A DNA stretch of 64,000 bases, taken from positions 22,382,001 to 22,446,000 of the forward strand of contig CM119374.1 of assembly GCA_051294905.1 (NCBI GenBank), given 5' to 3'. The position numbers and the translations under genes are program-made. Source of the DNA: Botryllus schlosseri. Its lineage: Eukaryota. Positions 57,201 to 64,000 of this stretch are shown in pieces. Under the pieces are notes generated by a model that was given only the letters and a program-made list of their open reading frames with translations, did not search any database and had not been told where the DNA came from. Each line of letters opens with the position of its first letter. Within the stretch, counting starts at the first letter, position 1.

Positions 57201-60200
57201 GTCTTACGATAGGAGCGAACCGGATTACGTAACGGTGAAAACGATACTTATTATATTAATACGCATTAAAATCACCAACAATTATGACATGAGTAGCAAC
57301 GCCCACTATTTTACAGTTTTACCGGTCAGTAACCAAAACCTTATATAAACTCCTCTTCGGTATCTCTTAAACTCCATATTTTAAGCATTACTACAGCGGA
57401 TATACTTGAACTAGCTCCATATCTTCTTTCCGAAATCACTCTGTTGTAGGCAATCCTTGCTTAGATTTTACAGCACCTTATTTCCATCACTTGTATGTAC
57501 AATTCTTACACATATATTTGCTATAGTGACCGCCCCTGCTGCAGCCACCATCAATACTCTCGGCATATGATAAACCTATCCACCTATACTCCCCTGTGTT
57601 ATCCGCTATACGAGATGCGAATTCGTACGTCACGAGGAAAAAATAAACGCACAATTTAATAAGGTCTCCATCACGAATAACGATGACTGACTTATAGCCT
57701 GTCAACCCCGCCACAGTGCGCAATGCGCGATATCTTCAGAGATATCCAATCTGACATCACAACAAGTCTATATAACACGCGTGCCATACCTGATTAGTGA
57801 AGATGTGCAAAATCGATTACAGAAATACCAGGATTGGCCGCCTCAGTTTCAACAGTCCATACGACCTACATCAAACAATAGGATTGGAAATGACACTCTG
57901 GCTGAGATGGACTTGACAACCATATACGACGATACGTACAAGGAACACCCAGAACATGTCAGAACAAAGTAAGATTGTAGACATGTCGTGATTCCGATGC
58001 TTATAAATAGCAGGGGGGTTGGTAGTTGACCTTGGAAATGAGCTTGTTTATGATGATACATGATATGCACGCTTACGACATTGCGTGTCCGCGCATAAGT
58101 GGAAAGCTTCAGCACGCTTGCAAGTTCCAAAACTTACATGGTCTTAGCCGGAGTTTAACTAGACCAGAATGGGCCAGCAAAAAGCATCCGCAAAATATTA
58201 ACCAACGAATGCTCATCAATATTGATGCAGATCCAATGGTAATCTGACACTATTAGGCCTATACATCGATTGACCAAATCAGTTAATTCTTCTTTTGTCG
58301 TATAATACAAGGTATCTTTCTGGCGCTAATGGTAATTCGTCGTCCCTTATTCTACATAATTTATAATTTATGCCCATTTTATTGAATATTCGTTGGCGCG
58401 CTGGTCGTGGCGACAGCGACATTCACGAGCTCTATGCAAACGCTGTATAACACGAATAATAAAATTGTAACGAAGATTCGGTGGACACAGAAGCATTGCG
58501 TTGCTGCAAAACTCGCATCAATCTCCTGCGTTTTCGACAGACTCACATTTTGATACGACATTGATTGCCGCGATAAGTTAATAGAGACGGTTGCTTCTTT
58601 AAAAAGCTTCGTTCGGGGTTAGCAGTCTTGATTTGGGCGATAGAGCTAAAAGAACCGACCTGCGACAGTTGAAGCCAACCAATCACCATGAATCTAAAGA
58701 CAAATCAGCGAATAGACAACATTAAAACAACTATGTGCACCATCTAATGTTGATAGTTTCTTAGGAAAATGTAGTGTCTATTCTTGCTAATTACAGAGTC
58801 CATAGCTATTCATCACGATCACTTGTCTTCCGTACAGGTGTTGGTATAATTCAGCGTCTAAACAAGACTTAATCGTTTCTCAACCTCCATCATTGCCATC
58901 TGCGTGATATACCAACGAAATTCGACCCATTCGCTTAACGCTGTAATCTAATATGGGATAGCTCACGCTACACGAGAGGCATTAATGAACTCATGGCATT
59001 GCTCTTTTTTTCGTCATAATGCAATTTGGCTTCCAATTTCGCGGCGATATCACATGTAAAAGGGTACACGAGTAGCTCTTAACGGATGTATCATGGCGTA
59101 TAGATCTATTTAGGCAAAGCCACATTTTTAAAAGGTCGCCACTATATACACTAAATATACTCGGCTACATACAACAAACAGCTTTCATACACTATCCCAC
59201 TGGTAATTATTCTTGAGGCGACAAAATATTGAATCAGATGTCGCAAGAGATTGGATCGATAAACAAGCAGAACCAATACTATAATAGTGGTCGGGCAGAC
59301 AAATTATAGAAAATTACGTGACCCATGCGTGTAATGTAGTTTCCTTGTATATATGATCTGATATAGACACCAGATTTTTGATATCTATATGTGTAATCAA
59401 GATGACGTATCTTACAAGTATCGTCTGAACGGAATGCCGTGTTGAGATGTCATTAAAATTGACGTTTGCGGCATTGATATTGATGGGTAACGCGTTTACT
59501 GGGAGGATTTCGTGTCTTTGATTCTGCGGATTTGAATAAAGGTAATTACGATACCGTAATTTATAATGGTTTCTGTTGAATGTTGAATGTTCACTGATTA
59601 CATATGTGCGAGTGTCGCATATGCAATATTGATGATCCAACCTCAAATCCTTCTTATACCTTATGACATAATTGCCCCACAATCCATTATGAATATTATG
59701 CCGGCAACCGCAAATTGATGGTCAAACATGTAATCTACAGGGCATAATTGATTGATACAAATGTATGTTGAACTGCCCTGTCATTTAGTGCAGTGGTTCT
59801 TAACCGCCGGTCAGCGTCAAATCTTCTGCCGGTTCGCCAAATACATTACATTATTACGCCACAATTACAAAATGTAAGAAGTTGGACACTTTTGCATTAA
59901 TTAGGGAAATGAAACATCAAATTTGACATTTGAAATTTGGAACGCATTTTTCTGCATCGCATCGCATAGTATAAGTATACAGTTCGTGGTCTACCTTGGA
60001 CTTAGCATACATCACATGCTCCAATGTACGAAACTATTTAGAAGTAACTTACAACTCGTTTAAGGCCAGTTACCTGTAAAAGCGAGAAAGACTTTTTATA
60101 TAGAAATCACTAAATCGACGGTACTACATTTAGCGACATTTGACTTCATAATAGAGGCTATAGCTGACAGCAAAGTTGCATTTCTTTGAAAAGAAACCGA

Positions 60201-63200
60201 GCAATTAAAATCGAGTTTGAGGACGTTGCCTTGCAGAAACTTCGATAGAACCACGAGCAACAATTCCAGTATTTGCTGTTGACTTTCATAAATTCGTCGT
60301 AATTATATTTTGGCTTATAGTTTTGATTTTTGAAGGTTCATCAGTTCACAAAATTTGTTTTGAAATTTTACCAGACCACATGAAAGTCAGAACAATCTAT
60401 TAAAACTTGTTTTTAATACAACAAAATACTCTAGTTATGGTGATCTGATCATCCATCATGCTCAGTAATGATCACCGTGTGCAAACTGCGCAAAAGCTGG
60501 ATCGGTACGAAATTTCTATAGATGGAATCGTTGGTCAGGTCAATGTGTTTTAGATGCATCAGGCCGCGTCAGCGACATATCAGCACATACCGCGACTACA
60601 TTGAGTACATATCAACTTACAAGGATAACTTTCGCAACGTCTTAACGAAGAGAAGGAAAGCTTTTCAACCGCCTGCCGATAATAGACAGCTTTTAGGATC
60701 TGTGAGTAGATTTTCATATAATCTTGAAATTGCATCGATTACGCCGTGCTGGAAACGTTGAACCAGTTAATATGAATCTGATGAAGGTAAAACATGGTTG
60801 TTGTTGTTGTATGTGGGTTTGCTACAGCTTAACTAATTATGACGTCACAACATTATGAATGATGTGTAAAGTTCAAATGCACCGTTTGTACGTTACACGC
60901 ACTCACGCAGTGGCCTACACGAAACGCTGCGCACTCATGCCATGATGTGTGTTACAGGATGACGAAGAAGAACAAGGCACCATCAACCAGCAGGCGTACC
61001 GACTGTACACGATGGACGAATTTCTCGCGGCCAAGAGAGACCCGATCGTAGCGCAACAGGAGAAGGGTGCGGTGATCCCGGATGTGGAACAGAGAATGAG
61101 CTTGTGCGCAACGGCCGAGGGCGCGTCGAGGTAGGTCATTACCACAGGTGCTCAGAGTGGTCTTTGCCGATCCTCAAATTGAAGTAGAAGTATCGCCGTA
61201 AATAGCTACTTGGTTACAAGTAGAAGTATTGATTTCTAAGTTAGTACAAAAGTAGCTATTCTAGGCCTAGTTTTTCCTAAACTCTGAAAACTGTGGACGT
61301 TGGAGTAATCTACAAACATAAACACCCGAGAAGGGGTGTGAGTGGGCAACACCTGCTTTAGTATTCTACCTACTGAGGTCGACAGTACCACAGACTCAAA
61401 CTCCGACTCTCCGAGTCCTAATATATTCTTCAAAGAACCCCGACTCCAACACTCCTGTAAATCTTCTCGGAAAATGTATAACAGAATTACACTTTTTAGA
61501 GAATCAAAACAATCAACCTATTCTTTTGAATTTAAAAAGAGTTAGTTTCTGTTGTCTGTGGTATTCATGGTGTGTGTCGGCTACAATGGTCATGTACACT
61601 AAGACGGTTTTCTTTATTTTGATGCCGTAGATGCCGACTTGTGGCACGGCCCACTTCTAGACTTTTTTACCTGCGAGTTGTAGGTAGATCTAGGCTCCTC
61701 TCGTCAGCTCATCCGTGTAAGCGGTGTATTGTAAAAGCCTAGAAGTGGGCCGTGCTACAAGTCGGCATCTACGGAATAAAAATGAAGAAACTTGACCTGG
61801 TGTAAATGACCAATGACCATAGTAGTCGACGAACACCATGGATACCACAACGACAACGACAACTTGTAGCACGGCTCACTACTAGGCTTTTTCAAAACAC
61901 CATTTACTCGGATGAGGTGGCGGGGACGAGCCTAGAAATTCCATAACTTATGCAACTGCAACTTTACCATTTCGTAGAATTTGAAAGCATTTGGTTCGAT
62001 TTTTAAAGTAGTTGGAGTCTGACTCAGAGCATTTTAATAACCATCGTCCGAGTCCAGTCAGTATCTCTTTGTTTTCTCAATTTCGACTGTCACTACAAAG
62101 GGTTATCCAAATTTCTATGCTATGACTCCAACTCCAGACTCCATAACTCTGGGTCCACGTGCCACCAATTTTGCTCCGTGTGATTGCAGGGAAGATCAAC
62201 GTAACAAGATGCTGTTTCTCACGACTAACAAGGCCGATTACGATTACAAGCGACCGTCCACGGTCCCGCTAACAGCGGCTATCATTAAAAGTCGCGGTCA
62301 ACGCAGAATATCCAGCATCGGACCGTTCTCATTTCGGTCGACTTTTCAGGTGAAACCGACAACCCAGCATAATCAGAGGTGGTCATTTGGTCAATGTAGA
62401 CAGCGTTGGTACTCTGTTAGAAGTAACGCAGTATATATTTCTACTCAATTACAAGTATAGCAATAACAATTTCCGAAACATGTCTTGAGGATGACTCGAC
62501 TCGGACTTCAGTCAACGTTTTATATGACTTAAATTGACAAGGCATTTCCGAAATGTGGATTGCCTCAGGTCACGGAGTAAAATGTACGAGTCAATTTCAA
62601 GTCATCAAGTAATCTGTGTAGATTAAATAGCTATATCCTGTATGTTCGGATTGTTCGAGATACGATGGTGTGACCTGCGATAGCAAAATAGACGTTTAAG
62701 TAGCCTAGTCCAAAAATTAAACCACATGAGTAAGATACTACAATTAGGCAAATACTTTCTACTTTACAATATTCAACTTGTCAAAAGGAAGTAGTTTTGC
62801 CTGAAAAGTAGAAGTGGAAGTCACCTAAAGCAAAACCTCTTCGGTAGATAGTGAAAGCAGGCGAAACTTCACTTTGGTGCTACGTAAGAGTTGAAGTACT
62901 TCGTTGCTGACACCTCCGGAAATGATTGCTTATTTGCGAGCAGCGATACTGAATCGCTCCTACCAATGTACAACAGGACGACTTCATCCACCACCCGTTT
63001 CAACTCCGACCAAAGCCGTTCAAACCTGTAGAGAAGTATGTGGCGCCTGATTCGCCGTTTCAGCCTCGCACTTTATACGCAGATGACTTTAAAATGTTGC
63101 CAGTCCAGGTACGCTACGGCAATCCCAACATAGACCAGCGCATACTGAAATGTGTGTTTTAGTTCCAAGGGCGTCGCAAGCCAGAACAGGTTGAAAACCA

Positions 63201-63927
63201 GTGGAGTACGCAGAGCGAGTGCGATCACTTGTTGACGACTCAGTACGATTCCCAGTTCGTGGAACCGCCGAAAGGTGGCGCCAGAAGACTACCATTGAGG
63301 CCGAAATCGAAGAGGGTAACCAACAGTCGTCATGCATGAATAGTGTTTCCTTGGGGGGCTGGTGATAGTTCTTGAATTAGGGTGATAAAGCCTTGAGGAA
63401 TCGCATCAACACCAGAGGTGGTCACCTATTGACTGTTAAAAGTATATGTAATCCCTCGGCCAAATGTTCAAAGTCACTAGAGCATATACTCAATTTCCGA
63501 TTTTCAAGAAGACTTAAGTATAAGTATAAAATGAATGGCCAGAAAAGTACTAAGCCAAGTAGTTTGGGGAAGAGGGATCAGGCGCCACTGACGCTTGCGG
63601 ATCAATCGTCAGCAAGAACTTTCAAATCGCAAGAGGAAAAAAATAAAATGACTGTTGCTTGACATAAGTCTTCGCTGTAATGTGCAGTGTAGATTGTACA
63701 ATGTACAATGTACATGCACATATATCTATTCGGAAATTCGTTTCGATGAACCTACTCACAGTCGAACAAACTCTATCGGACATGTTTTATTTCAGGGAAA
63801 CAAAGGAAAATTTTATCACGATACCTCCTACAACAACAGCTACTTAACCTACGATCTGAAGAAAATAAAACCGAGATCAAACTACAAGCAAGCGCCTAAA
63901 TATGTACCGCCTGAGATCAAATTTCAA
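51144..63927 (+). CDS. SAXO/STOP(Mn)-repeat-like microtubule inner protein, 5' part (continues past the window end)
   Basis: Exons 51144-51236, 57823-57968, 60554-60701, 60958-61130, 62190-62349, 62977-63108, 63163-63315, 63796-63927. All junctions are GT-AG and phase-compatible (379 codons). Repeated S/T-x-Y/F-x-x-D/x-Y/F motifs: SEYTRKY, TTIYDDTY, STYKDNF, TTNKADY, STFQDDF, TLYADDF, TTQYDSQF, TSYNNSY. Confidence 0.75.
53314..53992. mobile_element. hAT-type MITE
   Basis: TIRs cagtggtggcc / ggcaccactg and a perfect TSD cgtgatac. Confidence 0.85.
54659..55145. mobile_element. Buster/Charlie-like MITE
   Basis: TIRs caggagtgggcaaact / agtttgcctacccctg and TSD gtataagc / gtataggc. Confidence 0.85.
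55697..55985. mobile_element. MITE with taccgagaatg subrepeats
   Basis: Inverted arms at ~55709-55752 and ~55920-55979. The same motif array occurs at ~21425-21505. Confidence 0.7.
55991..56335. repeat. Palindrome with ~155-bp arms (MITE-like)
   Basis: cgtacccgtcaccgtatt...gaatcaatac is mirrored after a ~30-bp spacer. Confidence 0.9.
57823..57968 (+). CDS. SAXO-like exon 2
   Basis: cgattacag|KYQDWPPQFQQSIRP...MDLTTIYDDTYKEHPEHVRT-AA|gtaaga. Confidence 0.75.
60554..60701 (+). CDS. SAXO-like exon 3
   Basis: tgtgttttag|A-CIRPRQRHISTYRDYIEYISTYKDNF...LLGS|gtgagt. Confidence 0.8.
60958..61130 (+). CDS. SAXO-like exon 4
   Basis: tgtgttacag|DDEEEQGTINQQAYRLY...EGAS-AG|gtaggt. The sequence is GC-rich and coding-like. 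Confidence 0.8.
61550..61925. repeat. Cluster of three partial copies, in alternating orientation, of a SINE/LINE-tail-like repeat
   Basis: 61705-61863 (plus strand, ending in an (acaacg)n tail) is inverted relative to 61550-61675 and 61865-61925. Another copy lies at ~56935-57075. Confidence 0.65.
62190..62349 (+). CDS. SAXO-like exon 5
   Basis: gtgattgcag|G-EDQRNKMLFLTTNKADYDYK...FRSTFQ|gtgaaa. Confidence 0.8.
62977..63108 (+). CDS. SAXO-like exon 6
   Basis: tacaacag|DDFIHHPFQLRPKPFKPVEKYVAPDSPFQPRTLYADDFKMLPVQ|gtacgc. Confidence 0.85.
63163..63315 (+). CDS. SAXO-like exon 7
   Basis: Follows a 54-nt intron: gtgttttag|FQGRRKPEQ...LTTQYDSQFVEPPKGGARRLPLRPKSKR|gtaacc. Confidence 0.8.
63796..63927 (+). 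CDS. SAXO-like exon 8
   Basis: ttttatttcag|GNKGKFYHDTSYNNSYLTYD...YVPPEIKFQ|gtaagg. Confidence 0.85.
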
Positions 63928-64000
63928 GTAAGGAATTAGCGACATATACGTATGAAGGATCGGGGTAATTACTGGTTAAGCCATTTTCTAAACTCTATAA

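Noticed and set aside
57487-57723. C-type-lectin-like WIGL ORF
   Set aside because: It has only one short motif, lacks the lectin Cys pattern and convincing splice sites, and is antisense within an intron.
59314-59682. 122-aa minus-strand ORF
   Set aside because: It has AT-rich intronic composition, no recognisable motif and no supporting exon structure.
60458-60504. Alternative first exon of the SAXO-like gene (MLSNDHRVQTAQKLD, 49-nt intron)
   Set aside because: It is phase-compatible, but the 57823-57968 and 51144-51236 exons carry family motifs and stronger donors. It remains only a possible minor start.

Overview
This is AT-rich eukaryotic (metazoan) DNA with spliceosomal introns, some only 50-66 nt. 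It is probably from an ascidian/tunicate, but that is an inference I could not verify. The ORF track misses almost all real gene structure. Manual splice-site and phase reconstruction gives three gene systems. (1) A tandem array of three paralogous orphan class A GPCRs on the minus strand. Each has a signal peptide, a Ser/Thr stalk and an unrecognised 10-Cys ectodomain exon spliced to a 7TM exon. Copy 1 runs off the left edge, copy 2 is intact (708 aa, 10867-9993 joined to 6638-5387) and copy 3 is a pseudogene. (2) An angiotensin/apelin/chemokine-receptor-like GPCR split into 11-12 coding exons (about 49872-32025, minus strand), including a predicted 17-nt micro-exon. (3) A SAXO/STOP-repeat-like ciliary microtubule protein (51144 to beyond 63927, plus strand), head-to-head with gene 2. 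The remainder is dense with non-autonomous DNA transposons, mostly hAT-type with intact 8-bp target-site duplications (TSDs) and often nested. It also holds a 3.1-kb foldback-like element built from tandem repeats, tRNA-derived SINEs, Penelope-like retroelement fragments and several long palindromes. I found no CRISPR array, rRNA or convincing tRNA gene. All gene models come from reading the sequence by eye and need RNA-seq confirmation.
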